Of a DNA stretch of 54,260 nucleotides, positions 36,884 through 47,600 are shown piece after piece; the first letter of the stretch is position 1; each line of letters begins with the position of its first letter. The notes under the pieces were generated by a model, which was not told the origin of the DNA, searched no databases, and saw only the letters and a list, made by a program, of their open reading frames with translations. The stretch is from a virus (lineage: Duplodnaviria; Caudoviricetes): positions 1 to 54,260 of the IMG/VR virus record IMGVR_UViG_3300047300_001096, one strand, 5' to 3'. The translations under genes and the position numbers were made by a program.

Positions 36884-37357
36884 ATGACAACTCATCTACC
36901 TGCCGAAACCGTACGCATTTCACCCGAAGCCCTAGAAGTGGCTAATGCTTACTTGCAGCTTAACGATGCACGCCTAGTAGCGCAAGAATTAGACATTGAC
37001 CCTGAGGTTGTAACAAATTTATTAGCCCGACGTGAAGTCAAAACTTATATTGACAGTGTTTTCTTTGACAGTGGCTATAACAACCGTTTTCTTATGCGAC
37101 GTGCCATGGACGCACTAATCAAACAAAAGTTTCAAGAACTAGAAGAGTCGCAAACTGGGTCGACCAAAGACATTGCCGAATTGCTACAAATGTCACATAA
37201 AATGTCCATGGATCTACTAGACCGTGAAATCGCCCTAGAAAAAGCCAGACAGTCTACTGCACCGCAGAAGCAAGTCAACGTTCAGATCAATGAAGGACTT
37301 GACGGATCAAAGTACTCGCAATTGGTACAAAAGTTAATTACTGGAGAAGGCGTCTAA
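36884..37357 (+). CDS. Terminase small subunit (T5-type)
   Basis: PEALEVANAYL...EVKTYID.VF..SG..NR...GS.KDI.ELL...HKM. Confidence 0.85.
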   Translation: MTTHLPAETVRISPEALEVANAYLQLNDARLVAQELDIDPEVVTNLLARREVKTYIDSVFFDSGYNNRFLMRRAMDALIKQKFQELEESQTGSTKDIAELLQMSHKMSMDLLDREIALEKARQSTAPQKQVNVQINEGLDGSKYSQLVQKLITGEGV

Positions 37358-37998
37358 TGCTAGAAACTCTATGTGATATTATGACTGATGCTTATCGCCG
37401 CAACTGGATTACCTCACGTGATGGTAACTGTAGTGTTAGGCATCAAGATCGTGATCACTTTTATATTACTCCATCAGCAGTTCGTAAACAAACACTGCAA
37501 CCCGATCAATTTAAAAAGATTGGTATTCGTACTGGTTATTTTGGCCAACCGCCACAGTTATGGCACGGTCACGAAGTCCTAGACTATACACCTATTTCCA
37601 GCAACTTGCAGCCTAGTGGAGAACTGCCCCTACATTTTGGACTACAAAAAACTATTACCACTGACACTCGCGTAGTTGTACACGTGCACCCAACTTATAC
37701 CATTGCAGCCATGCATGCACACGTTCAGCTAGACCAACTGTACAAAAATTTTCCAGAGCTATCACGTTATACACGTGTTGCTCCAAGCGTAGGGGAAGTT
37801 GAGCCTATTAGTGAAGAACTGGGTTTGCAGTGTTGTCGTAAGCTGGGTGTTGACGCTAGTGGTCAACTCCAGTACGATATTGTTGGTATCCTAGGTCACG
37901 GTGTGGTTGCGGTAGACACAACTCCGTGGCGTGCTTACGAACATATCGAACGTCTTGAACATATTTGCAAGATTGTACTTGCAAGTGGAAAGTACTAA
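37357..37998 (+). CDS. Class II aldolase/adducin family protein
   Basis: DGNCSVR, FYITPS, PSGELPLH, VVHVHP, GHGVV. Confidence 0.88.
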   Translation: MLETLCDIMTDAYRRNWITSRDGNCSVRHQDRDHFYITPSAVRKQTLQPDQFKKIGIRTGYFGQPPQLWHGHEVLDYTPISSNLQPSGELPLHFGLQKTITTDTRVVVHVHPTYTIAAMHAHVQLDQLYKNFPELSRYTRVAPSVGEVEPISEELGLQCCRKLGVDASGQLQYDIVGILGHGVVAVDTTPWRAYEHIERLEHICKIVLASGKY

Positions 37999-39284
37999 TG
38001 CTCCTAGTCTCCCGTGAAAACGTAAATTGTGATGTAATCGAGGAATTCGACCCTCAACAGCGATTTATTAAGCTACCCATCACAAATTACCTGAAACTGT
38101 TAAATATCTGGGATACAATCAATCGTCCCCAAATTGCCCTAATCAACGCCATCAACGATCCCAAGTACCGTTTTGTTTGTGCTGCACTTGCCCGTCGATT
38201 GGGCAAAACTTACATAGCCAACATTATTGGGCAGTTGGTAACATTGGTCCCTGGGTCAAATGTACTCATTATATCACCAAACTATAATTTATCGTCAATC
38301 TCATTTGAACTCCAACGCAAACTCATCAAACACTTTGATCTCGAAGTTGCACGCGACAACCTCAAAGACAAAATCATTGAATTGTCCAATGGAAGTACTA
38401 TTCGTATGGGCAGTCTTAGTACCGTTGATAGTACAGTGGGTCGTTCGTATGACTTAATCATATTTGACGAAGCTGCACTTGGCGAAGGCGGCGAAGCTGC
38501 GTTTAACGTTGCACTACGTCCAACACTTGACAAACCCAACGCCAAGGCTATTTTTATTTCAACTCCTCGTGGACGCAATAACTGGTTTAGTCAATTTTGG
38601 AATCGCGGATTTGATCCAAACTTTCCCGAATGGATTAGCTTACAAGCTGACTATACCGAAAACACTCGCATGGCTGAGTCGGATGTGGCTGAGGCGAAGA
38701 GGTCCATGTCAAAAGCCGAATTTGAACAAGAATACTTGGCCTCATTTACTGTGTTTGAGGGTCAAATTTATACACTAAAAGATGAAGATGTTTGTGAAAT
38801 TCCCCAAGATCTTAAAGGTGAAGCATTTGCTGGGTGCGACCCTGGTTACCGAGATGCTACTGCTCATTGCACTATCGTCTACGATTGGAACCGCGATTGC
38901 TTTTTTATTGTCGACGAATACTTAAAATCCGAAGCTACCACCGAGCAACATGCTCAAGCGTTTACCCAATTCAATGAAAAACACGGTGTTGAAGTTACTT
39001 TTATTGACTCGGCAGCTGCACAGTTTGCAAGTGACCTTGCCTACTTATACAATATCTCAACTACCAAAGCCAAAAAAGATGTGTTACCTGGCATTGCTTA
39101 TGTGCAAACCTTACTACAACAAGGTCGACTCAAGGTAGCGCCACACTGCACCAATGTCCGTGCAATGTTTGATCAATATCGCTGGGATCAACGCGAGGGC
39201 CTCCAACGTGAACGCCCCATGCATGATGAATATAGTCACATGGCTGATGCTGTTCGTTATGCACTGTACACCTATACGGTATAA
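37998..39284 (+). CDS. Terminase large subunit
   Basis: ARRLGKT, IIFDEAA, ISTPRG, GCDPG, SHMADAVRY. Confidence 0.95.
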   Translation: MLLVSRENVNCDVIEEFDPQQRFIKLPITNYLKLLNIWDTINRPQIALINAINDPKYRFVCAALARRLGKTYIANIIGQLVTLVPGSNVLIISPNYNLSSISFELQRKLIKHFDLEVARDNLKDKIIELSNGSTIRMGSLSTVDSTVGRSYDLIIFDEAALGEGGEAAFNVALRPTLDKPNAKAIFISTPRGRNNWFSQFWNRGFDPNFPEWISLQADYTENTRMAESDVAEAKRSMSKAEFEQEYLASFTVFEGQIYTLKDEDVCEIPQDLKGEAFAGCDPGYRDATAHCTIVYDWNRDCFFIVDEYLKSEATTEQHAQAFTQFNEKHGVEVTFIDSAAAQFASDLAYLYNISTTKAKKDVLPGIAYVQTLLQQGRLKVAPHCTNVRAMFDQYRWDQREGLQRERPMHDEYSHMADAVRYALYTYTV

Positions 39285-39305
39285 TGCCACAAAAAATTTG
39301 TGCAT

Positions 39306-39334
39306 TGACATTTGGTTGCTTTTAGGCTATAATA
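39306..39334 (+). promoter_or_regulatory. Promoter upstream of dps
   Basis: TTGACA-17-TATAAT. Confidence 0.75.
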
Positions 39335-39377
39335 CTAGGTAATTGTGGAGTAGTTTACTCCACTTGTAAGGAATCTT

Positions 39378-39818
39378 ATGGAACGAACACAATACGAAGA
39401 CTTGTTAAAATCGGCATTTGCCACTGAGTTTGCTTTTTACTTGAAAGCACACGGATTTCACTGGAACGTGGAAGGTTCGGACTTTTACGAATTTCACCTA
39501 ATCTTTGAACGCATCTATTCAGAGGTGTATGAATCAATTGATACATTTGCCGAAGAACTTCGCGCCGCTCGTATTTATGCACCTGCCAGTTTTACTCAGC
39601 TAGACGATCTATCCCTGGTTGAATGTCAAGAAGGCGTTCCACTGGCAATGTCAATGGCTCAAGAGTTGTTAGCTGATAGTGATGCTTGCGCTGAAATGTT
39701 CCGTGTGGCATTTGATGCTGCCGAATCTATGGGCGACCATGGATTGTCAAACTTTTTAGCAGATCGTCAAGACGCACACAAAAAGCATAGTTGGATGTTA
39801 CGCAGCTCATTAAAATAA
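39378..39818 (+). CDS. dps: Dps ferritin-like DNA protection protein
   Basis: KAHGFHWNVEGSDF..FH..FE..Y.....D..AE; HKKHSWMLRS. Confidence 0.93.
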   Translation: MERTQYEDLLKSAFATEFAFYLKAHGFHWNVEGSDFYEFHLIFERIYSEVYESIDTFAEELRAARIYAPASFTQLDDLSLVECQEGVPLAMSMAQELLADSDACAEMFRVAFDAAESMGDHGLSNFLADRQDAHKKHSWMLRSSLK

Positions 39819-39819
39819 T

Positions 39820-40248
39820 ATGGCGGCCAATACCAATAAGCGAATTCCTGTAAAATGGGTTCGCGACCGAGCCAAAGCGGCTTATGAAAAACAAGATCGG
39901 TGCTATATTTGCGGTGCAACCGCAGACTTGGAACTGCATCACCTACACTCAGTTACCATACTCTTAGATAAATGGGCTAGAGCTCGTGGATATGATATTT
40001 CAACAGACGAAGGTATTGTTGCTGTTCGAGACGAATTTATTGCTGAGCATCGAGTGGAGTTATATGACCAAGTTTACACCCTTTGTAATCGTCATCATGT
40101 AGCGCTGCACAGTGTTTATGGTAAAGCGCCTCGACCTGGTAGCGAGCCAAAACAAGCTCATTGGATTGAAGCCCAACGAGCTAAATATTCTGGTGAAGTG
40201 GTTATTCCACAAAAAAGCTTTGGTAGTTTTTTCTCTGAGTTCACTTAA
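39820..40248 (+). CDS. HNH nicking endonuclease (T5-type)
   Basis: CYICG...LELHH...TLCNRHH..LH; directly before the portal as in T5. Confidence 0.85.
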   Translation: MAANTNKRIPVKWVRDRAKAAYEKQDRCYICGATADLELHHLHSVTILLDKWARARGYDISTDEGIVAVRDEFIAEHRVELYDQVYTLCNRHHVALHSVYGKAPRPGSEPKQAHWIEAQRAKYSGEVVIPQKSFGSFFSEFT

Positions 40249-40259
40249 GGGAAATAACT

Positions 40260-41435
40260 ATGTCAAGATTTACAGATTGGGTTCGCGAAAAGTTTAATCC
40301 AGCCCAAGCCCGTATTGCACAAGCAGCGGGCACACAGATTCCAACGGAATCAAAGATTACTTATCAACAAAGTTTTCAAAAAATTGAAGCTGTTAATCGT
40401 TCAGTGAATATGCTGGTAAATGCCTGCAGTTCATTAGACTACGATATCAAAGACAAGCTTAATGAAGGCGTTGTTACGGGGATTCGTCAAAAGTCATTAA
40501 ATACACTACTAAACTTCAGGCCAAATCCTTATCAAAGTGCACAAGAATTTCGTCAAGCAATTTTTACTGACTTTGTACTTGAAGGCAATGCCTTTATACA
40601 CTTTGATGGTGTGTTTTTATACCACCTACCTGCTGCGAACACAGAGATCTTAACGGATACAAAAACATTTATTCGCGGATACCGCTATAACGGTATGGTA
40701 ATGTTCAAAGAAGAAGAAGTTTTTCACTTCCGTGATTTGAATTCGCATTCAATTTATCGTGGTGCTAGTCGCTTAGAGTCTGCTCAGCGATCAATTGCTA
40801 CACTATACGCCATGCAAGATTTTCAAGAAAACTTTTTTGAAAATGGAGCTGTATTCGGTTTAGTTTTAACTAGTGAAAATACACTTTCACAAGTTGCAAA
40901 AGAAAAAACAATTCAATACTGGTTACAAAAATATTCAACTAAACAAGGTGGTAAGCGTCCTGTTATTTTGGACAGTGGCTTAAAACCTGCACAAGTATCA
41001 AATCAAAATTTCAAAGACATGAACTTTGATGAGTCAATGAAAACTCATGGCGAAAAAATAATGCAAGCAATCGGTGTACCACCAATCTTATTAGCAGGTG
41101 GTAACAACGCTAATATTAGTCCTAACTTACGTTTATTTTACTTGGAAACAGTAATGCCAATTAATCGTAAATTTACTAGTAGCCTAGAACGATTCTTTGG
41201 ATATGATGTTGAAGCAATAACTGCTAATGTAAGTGCATTACAACCAGAATTAAAAGATATTGCTGCCTATCATTCGACCCTAGTCAATGCAGGCATCATT
41301 ACAGCTAATGAAGCACGACAAGAATTACGTTATGACAAGTTAGACGGTCATGACGATATAAGAATACCCGCTAATATTGCGGGTTCGGCTGCTGATCCGT
41401 CGAAAGGTGGTAGGCCCACAGATAATCAGCAATAA
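40260..41435 (+). CDS. Portal protein (HK97 family)
   Basis: RPNPYQS, FFENGA, GVPPILL, GIITANEAR. Confidence 0.95.
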   Translation: MSRFTDWVREKFNPAQARIAQAAGTQIPTESKITYQQSFQKIEAVNRSVNMLVNACSSLDYDIKDKLNEGVVTGIRQKSLNTLLNFRPNPYQSAQEFRQAIFTDFVLEGNAFIHFDGVFLYHLPAANTEILTDTKTFIRGYRYNGMVMFKEEEVFHFRDLNSHSIYRGASRLESAQRSIATLYAMQDFQENFFENGAVFGLVLTSENTLSQVAKEKTIQYWLQKYSTKQGGKRPVILDSGLKPAQVSNQNFKDMNFDESMKTHGEKIMQAIGVPPILLAGGNNANISPNLRLFYLETVMPINRKFTSSLERFFGYDVEAITANVSALQPELKDIAAYHSTLVNAGIITANEARQELRYDKLDGHDDIRIPANIAGSAADPSKGGRPTDNQQ

Positions 41436-41444
41436 AGGGGTAAT

Positions 41445-43403
41445 ATGGTAGATAAAAGTAAAGTACTGTTTCTAAACAGCACATTTATCAAGAGTGAAGC
41501 TCCAACTACCACCGACGGAAAAATCGCTAGTGTCACAATCGAAGGTTACGCAAGTACCAACGATGCTGACCGACAAGGTGATATTGTTCCGGTTAGCGTA
41601 TGGGAAAAAGGTATCTCAAATTACTTGAAAAATCCAGTAATTTTAGCATACCATGACCACAGCGAGCCAGTTGGTAGAATGGTAGAACATCGCATTGATG
41701 GTAAAGGATTATGGATTAAAGCCCGTATTTCCGCAGCCGCCAGTGAGGTATTCAATCTTGTAAAAGACGGCGTTTTAACGGCGTTTAGTATCGGATTCCG
41801 AATCGTAGATGCGGAGTACAATTCAGCTGCAGAGCTGTTTGTGGTAAAGGAATTGGAACTACATGAAATTTCAGTAGTATCAGTACCAGCTAATCAAAAT
41901 ACACTATTTAGTCTTTCTAAGGCGTTTGATACAGCCGAAGAATTTAAATCTTTCAAAATGCAGTTTGCACCCAACAGCGAATCAGCTAAAGGGCTAGAAT
42001 CCTCAACGGAAGCAAACAGCGAAGTCAAAAAGGAAATGGAAATGGATCCAAAACAATTAGAACAAATGTTAGCTGATGCAGCTAGCAAAGCGGCTGAGCA
42101 AACTGCAAAAGCCATTGCTGAAAAGCAAGAAAAAGCTGCTGCTGAAAAAGCTGCTGCTGAAAAAGCCCAAGCTGAATTAGATGCACGCGTTAAAGCTGCT
42201 GTTGCTTCTATCTCTACTGTTGACACTGGTGCTGAGCGCTTGTTGGCTGAAGTAGAAAAGCGCTTGGAAAAAGCCGAAGAAACAAACAAAACAGTTATCG
42301 CTGGTTTGGAAGCTTCTTTGAAAGAAAAAGCTGCTGAAATCGAAGCAATCACAAAGTCTAAAATGACTTTTGCTGAAGCCAAAGACGGCATGCAATATGC
42401 TGACAAAGAGAAGGCTGTTATGTTGGCTAAGATGGCTGGTAAGTCTATCGAAGGCACAAAAACTGGTCGTCAATTAGTTGAAAAATACGGTGCTCACGTT
42501 CCTTCAGCTACATGGGAATTAGAAGTATCCTTGAACCTTGAGTCTGAAGTTCGTCGTCGTTTAGTTGTTGCTCCTATTTTCCGCAACATCCAAATGCAAA
42601 CCAACGTGATGACAATCCCCGTGAATCCCGAAGCAGGTTCTGCTACTTGGGTTCAAAACGCTAACTTTGGCGCTGCTCCTGGTACCTTGGGTGCTGCTGG
42701 TGCTTCTGCTGGTGGAAATGCTACTCACGCTCTCAAAGAAATCACTTTGAATGCATATAAAGTTGCTACTAACGAGTACACTGCATATGAAGAAGAAGAA
42801 GACGCATTGTTGGCTTTGATGCCAATCATCCGTGATGGTATGATTCGTCGTGTTGCTCGCGCTGTGGACAAAGCCTTCTTGTTAGGTGCTGGTTCCGGTG
42901 CTGATCCTGTTGCTGGTTTGGCTACTTTAGCTACCAACTCCACAGGTAACATCACTACTTCTACACCTTCAGCTTCTTATGTTGCTACTGTTGCTGCCTT
43001 ACGTTCATTGCGTAAAGGTCTTGGTGTTTGGGGTCTGGATCCTCAAGAAGTTGTGTATATCGTTAATACCGATGTATATTACAACTTGCTCGAAGACACA
43101 ACTTTCCAAACTATGAACCAAGTTGGTACACAAGCTACATTGCTGACCGGTCAAATTGGTCAAATCGGTGGAAGCCCTGTGTTAGTGTCTGGTGAGTTTG
43201 CTACTGCAGCTTCCGGTGCTACTGGTATCGTTTGCTTGAACCCAAGCAACTTCATCGTTGGTAATCAACGTGGTCTGCGTATCGACACACAAGAGTTGGT
43301 CGAAACACAGCGTCGCGTGATGGTCGCTAGCTTGCGTACAGGTATGACTAAAGTCACATCTAACTACGGTGCTGGTGTCACAAAATTGGTTTACTCTGCT
43401 TAA
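41445..43403 (+). CDS. Fused prohead protease + scaffold + major capsid protein
   Basis: N-terminal IEGYAST...H.H...FSIGF...EISVVSVPAN protease, Ala/Glu/Lys coil, HK97-fold capsid C-terminus. Confidence 0.92.
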   Translation: MVDKSKVLFLNSTFIKSEAPTTTDGKIASVTIEGYASTNDADRQGDIVPVSVWEKGISNYLKNPVILAYHDHSEPVGRMVEHRIDGKGLWIKARISAAASEVFNLVKDGVLTAFSIGFRIVDAEYNSAAELFVVKELELHEISVVSVPANQNTLFSLSKAFDTAEEFKSFKMQFAPNSESAKGLESSTEANSEVKKEMEMDPKQLEQMLADAASKAAEQTAKAIAEKQEKAAAEKAAAEKAQAELDARVKAAVASISTVDTGAERLLAEVEKRLEKAEETNKTVIAGLEASLKEKAAEIEAITKSKMTFAEAKDGMQYADKEKAVMLAKMAGKSIEGTKTGRQLVEKYGAHVPSATWELEVSLNLESEVRRRLVVAPIFRNIQMQTNVMTIPVNPEAGSATWVQNANFGAAPGTLGAAGASAGGNATHALKEITLNAYKVATNEYTAYEEEEDALLALMPIIRDGMIRRVARAVDKAFLLGAGSGADPVAGLATLATNSTGNITTSTPSASYVATVAALRSLRKGLGVWGLDPQEVVYIVNTDVYYNLLEDTTFQTMNQVGTQATLLTGQIGQIGGSPVLVSGEFATAASGATGIVCLNPSNFIVGNQRGLRIDTQELVETQRRVMVASLRTGMTKVTSNYGAGVTKLVYSA

Positions 43404-43421
43404 TTAGTAGAGATAATCTTA

Positions 43422-43479
43422 ATAAGACCCTTTCGGGGGTCTTGTTTTATAAGGGTATTCAGTGCCCTTATAAAACAAG
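43422..43479 (+). terminator. Terminator after the capsid gene with an overlapping second hairpin
   Basis: AAGACCC-TTTCGG-GGGTCTT followed by GTTTT; CTTGTTTTATAAGGG/CCCTTATAAAACAAG. Confidence 0.75.
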
Positions 43480-43489
43480 CGAGGTATTT

Positions 43490-44056
43490 ATGGCAACAAA
43501 TTTAGTAACAAAAGCAGAATACAAAGCTTACATGGGAATTAGTAGTACGAACTCAGATGCAGAAATTGATTTCTTAATACCCAAAGTTAGCGATTTAGTA
43601 AAAACATATTGCCGTCGTACCTTTATTGACTACTACGATGAAGCAAAAACAGAATATTTTGATGGTGGGTTCAAACAACTTATCTTAAAAGAAACTCCTG
43701 TAGTCAATGTAAATTCTGTGGCATATAGCCAAGATTTCGGAAAAACATATACAGCACTAACAAAGTTCACGGACTGGATTCAGCGGGATGACTATGTTAT
43801 CAGTACAAACCCTGGCGGTTTTACTGAAGCTTTAAATGCGTATAAAGTAGTTTATTTTGCAGGATATGAAACTATCCCAGCAGACTTAAAATTAGCAGTA
43901 TTAGATTTAGTAGAGTACTACTCACGAAATAATGGTGCAGTACATAGTACTCGCGACCTAAACCCAAATACTACTCAAATCAATTATGTAGCCTCTAGTA
44001 ACTTCCCAGCTACTATTAAGCGTGTTCTAGACCAATATATGGCGGACTTCACCTAA
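43490..44056 (+). CDS. Head completion / head-tail adaptor
   Basis: LVTKAEYKAY...VKTYCRRTF...Y.AGY..IPADLKLA. Confidence 0.85.
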   Translation: MATNLVTKAEYKAYMGISSTNSDAEIDFLIPKVSDLVKTYCRRTFIDYYDEAKTEYFDGGFKQLILKETPVVNVNSVAYSQDFGKTYTALTKFTDWIQRDDYVISTNPGGFTEALNAYKVVYFAGYETIPADLKLAVLDLVEYYSRNNGAVHSTRDLNPNTTQINYVASSNFPATIKRVLDQYMADFT

Positions 44057-45816
44057 TGGCACTACCTAATAGATTTAATTATAAGTATCTTTTAGAGCTA
44101 ATGTATGGTGCTAAACTAACAAGCGATGAAGCCGCTGCTGATCCCGTGGGATTTAGAGACACTTTTCTAAGGTTGGTTGAAAAAGATATTCGTGGACAAA
44201 TTGAAAATACTTTACCTATAATTTATTGGGTAAAGCCTCGTGAAATTATTTTTAATCTATTAAACGGCTTATTTAATGAAAGCATAAATGGCGGAGAGAT
44301 AACTAAGTATGTAGATTCTGTTGTTACACATGACGGAACTATACTTAAGCCAAACGACTTAGAATTTGGAACTGCATTAGAGTCTATTTTAATTACACTT
44401 TTTTCTGATGAGGTATTTTTAAACGAAATATCACAAGAAATATTTATGGCAATAGATGCTAAAATGTTACAGGGTAAAGATATTAAACTAGAAGATCTGG
44501 GTAGACAGTTTAAAGAGATGGTAAATATTGCCAACTCAGCACAGCCCGATATTAATGTTATTTGTTCTATAGGTAGTCCTCAACAAATTAAGCATGCACA
44601 AACTCTGGTAAATAATCAAATTCAAAAAGTTGGAAACGACGTGCGAAATTGGTTGCGTGCAAATACTCCCGCAAGACTTGCTGATGCAGAAACATTTTTA
44701 AATGGTTTTGATAGTAGTAAAGATTTAATTTTTATAAGCAGTACTTTTAAAAAAGCTCGTGAAGATACAGTAAATGCCACTGCTAGAAGCGTAGTAGTTC
44801 CTGTACTTGCAAGTTATGGTATAAATTGTCATCCTAATTTAAAAGTAGGAGACTTTACAGCTGCAGGGCATACAGGAGTTGTTTCTGGTAAAGGAACTTC
44901 TTTACAACAAGTTGTAGGAATTAATTCCCCTATTATACAACAAACCTTATACTATGCTAATACTTTAGCCGATAGGCCAACACCTGCACTAGATCCTTTT
45001 ATATTAGAAACAGATCATTTGGGTCTTTCTTATGATATTAAAGAAGGTGCAATAGGAGTTGTAAAAGATTTACTTGACTTAAATTTTTCATTTGTAATAT
45101 CTCAAGAGTCTAGTTGGAATAGTAGTTTAGGTACGCGAGAAAAAACAGCTATGAGTTCCATAGTTGAAAAAGCTTGGAAGATTAAAAGAGCTAAATTATC
45201 GGACGATTTCAAAGCATATATTAAAGATTCTATACCTAAATTACCTGCAAAATTACAAGGCTCTCCAACCCTTAACGAAAGAATTTTATATAGTTTTGCA
45301 GATATTCTACGTGACACAGTTAAAAATGCTGTTACTAAAGATTTGCCCCCTGTAATAGGTAAGAATAGAAAAACAACTAAAACAAGTACTCAAAGCATTT
45401 TTAAGAATGTTAAGCCTGCTAAAGCAAACTTAAATAAAACTGGTGGAAGTACAGGTATACCAAACTATACCCCAAGAGCAGATACAACACCAAATATGGC
45501 TAATTTAAGGGATTTAATAAATTCCCAACTACAAGATGTGATTAGCGCAAATATGGGTGATGGTAGAAGTCGCAATGTTTTGAACTATCGTACAGGTAGA
45601 TTTGCAGGTAGTGTAAAAGTAGAAACTCTTTCAATTAGCCGTCAGGGTATGATTACTGCTTTCTATACTTACATGAAGAATCCTTATGCAACTTTTAGTG
45701 CCGGAGGAAAACAGTCCCTTCCAAAAAGCAGAGATCCTAAACTGCTAATTTCTAGATCAATACGAGAAATTGCACAGGAAATGGCTATTAATAAACTAAG
45801 GGCAGTATCCTTATGA
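44056..45816 (+). CDS. Tail completion protein (p143-like C-terminus) with a long N-terminal extension
   Basis: LNYRTGRFA.SV...PYATF...RDP..LI..SIREIA; T5 synteny. Confidence 0.7.
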   Translation: MALPNRFNYKYLLELMYGAKLTSDEAAADPVGFRDTFLRLVEKDIRGQIENTLPIIYWVKPREIIFNLLNGLFNESINGGEITKYVDSVVTHDGTILKPNDLEFGTALESILITLFSDEVFLNEISQEIFMAIDAKMLQGKDIKLEDLGRQFKEMVNIANSAQPDINVICSIGSPQQIKHAQTLVNNQIQKVGNDVRNWLRANTPARLADAETFLNGFDSSKDLIFISSTFKKAREDTVNATARSVVVPVLASYGINCHPNLKVGDFTAAGHTGVVSGKGTSLQQVVGINSPIIQQTLYYANTLADRPTPALDPFILETDHLGLSYDIKEGAIGVVKDLLDLNFSFVISQESSWNSSLGTREKTAMSSIVEKAWKIKRAKLSDDFKAYIKDSIPKLPAKLQGSPTLNERILYSFADILRDTVKNAVTKDLPPVIGKNRKTTKTSTQSIFKNVKPAKANLNKTGGSTGIPNYTPRADTTPNMANLRDLINSQLQDVISANMGDGRSRNVLNYRTGRFAGSVKVETLSISRQGMITAFYTYMKNPYATFSAGGKQSLPKSRDPKLLISRSIREIAQEMAINKLRAVSL

Positions 45817-46253
45817 CAAGAAGAACAAGTATTGTAACAGCGTTGGCTGAAAAGTTAAAAGTAATTGATGGTACAGGTAGCTATAAAACTAATTTATTTG
45901 GTAATAGCTACCCTAAACTAAAGTTCTGGGATGAAGTACAAGATTTCCCAGCTTGCTATTTAGTAGCAGGCTCCGAATCACGACAGTATCATCCCTCAGA
46001 TTTTACCTGGGCTTTTTTAAATATCAGCATCAAAGTATATGTCAAGGATGAGTCGTATCCACAAGAAGATTTAGAAAATCTCCTAGACGACATAGAAAAT
46101 GTAATCAATGACAACCGAGTATTAGTATACGACACTACTAATAATCTTTCAACAACTGAAATCTTAATTCAGTCAATAACTACCGATGAAGGGCTATTAG
46201 CTCCTTATGGTGTCGGTGAAATCAACCTACAAGTGCGTTACGCATTAGTATAA
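45813..46253 (+). CDS. Tail terminator protein
   Basis: RTSIVTAL...KFWDEV.DFP...ITTDEGLLAPYG. Confidence 0.85.
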   Translation: MTRRTSIVTALAEKLKVIDGTGSYKTNLFGNSYPKLKFWDEVQDFPACYLVAGSESRQYHPSDFTWAFLNISIKVYVKDESYPQEDLENLLDDIENVINDNRVLVYDTTNNLSTTEILIQSITTDEGLLAPYGVGEINLQVRYALV

Positions 46254-46337
46254 CTCTCGGATTTACGCAAGCATAACAACAGATAAATATCTAGTTACGA
46301 TGCTTAGAATATTTCCAAAAATCATAAAGGAAAGAGT

Positions 46338-47531
46338 ATGGCATTAAATTTACTACGCAATAGTCGGGTATTCTACACGACTAATTTGACAAGTTCAGGA
46401 GCAGTAGCCACTAGCGGCCACACTGCATCAACAACACGAGAACTCCAAGTTTTGGATGGTTTCTCTTTTTCACAAAACACAGGTCAAGAAACAATTACTA
46501 CTAATGAAGCAGGTCCTGCACCTGTTCGTGGTCAGCGCAGTTTTAATACTAGCTTAGAGCCAGTAGACTGGAGTTTTTCTACCTATATTCGTCCCAAGTA
46601 TAACGAAGGTGCTACTACTACAGCTGGTCCCGATTCAAATGACGTAATCGATGCTGAAGAGTCTGTTTTATGGAACTCTATGTCTAGCGTTACTGGTAAC
46701 GGCTGGACCCAAACTGCTGGTGTTGCACCAAGTACGCCACCTTACTCAACAGTGAGTTTTGCAAATTCAAATGCTCACCAATTGCAACCTTTTGGTTTGA
46801 TTATTGTGTTCGAAGCAGTTACTTATGTGATTGATAATTGCGCTATTGATTCAGCAACTATTGATTTTGGTTTAGATGCTATTGCTGCTATTGCATGGGC
46901 TGGAAAAGGCACTGTAATGCGTCAATTGCCTACTACACTGACTATTTCTGCAGGCGGTAGCGTTACCGGTGGCGGATGGACTGGAAGCAACGACTTTACG
47001 CTCAAAGATACCTCAGCACGTTATATTGCCAACAAGTTGTCTACAATGACTTTAGCTTCTAGCACTTTTGGTGGATTGACAGCTACAAATTATGCCAATG
47101 TTGCTATCACAGGCGGTAACTTAACAATCAGTAATAACTTAACATATTTAACACCTGCAAATTTAGGTGTTGTTAATACTCCTATCACTTACTTCACAGG
47201 TACTCGCTCTGTTACAGCAAATGTTACAGCATACTTGAAGACCGGTTCAGGTGCTAGTGCTGAATTGTTAAAAGATATGTTAGCAGCTAGTGCAAGCAGT
47301 ACAGCTAACAAGTTTGCTGCTGTTATTTCAGTTGGTGGTGCTACAAATGACACTAAGTTTGTTATTGAAATGCCAACAACTCAATTGACTATTCCAGCAA
47401 TTACTTCTGAGCAAATTATTGCTACTTCAATTACTATGACCGCACAAGGTTCCGATACAGGTACTGCTGGTGGTGCATACGATCTTGAAGCCAAAAACGA
47501 AGTTACGCTCAAGTACTACGCAGCAGCTTAA
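46338..47531 (+). CDS. Major tail tube protein (pb6-like)
   Basis: LLRNSRVF...FSFSQ...EAG..PVRG...FN..L.P..WSFSTYIRP. Confidence 0.9.
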   Translation: MALNLLRNSRVFYTTNLTSSGAVATSGHTASTTRELQVLDGFSFSQNTGQETITTNEAGPAPVRGQRSFNTSLEPVDWSFSTYIRPKYNEGATTTAGPDSNDVIDAEESVLWNSMSSVTGNGWTQTAGVAPSTPPYSTVSFANSNAHQLQPFGLIIVFEAVTYVIDNCAIDSATIDFGLDAIAAIAWAGKGTVMRQLPTTLTISAGGSVTGGGWTGSNDFTLKDTSARYIANKLSTMTLASSTFGGLTATNYANVAITGGNLTISNNLTYLTPANLGVVNTPITYFTGTRSVTANVTAYLKTGSGASAELLKDMLAASASSTANKFAAVISVGGATNDTKFVIEMPTTQLTIPAITSEQIIATSITMTAQGSDTGTAGGAYDLEAKNEVTLKYYAAA

Positions 47532-47550
47532 ATAGCTGTTGCATTTTCAT

Positions 47551-47582
47551 AGAGACTGGGTTGATCTCCAGTCTCTCTTTTT
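47551..47582 (+). terminator. Intrinsic terminator
   Basis: AGAGACTGG/CCAGTCTCT plus T-run. Confidence 0.75.
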
Positions 47583-47600
47583 CAAAAATATTATTATAAA

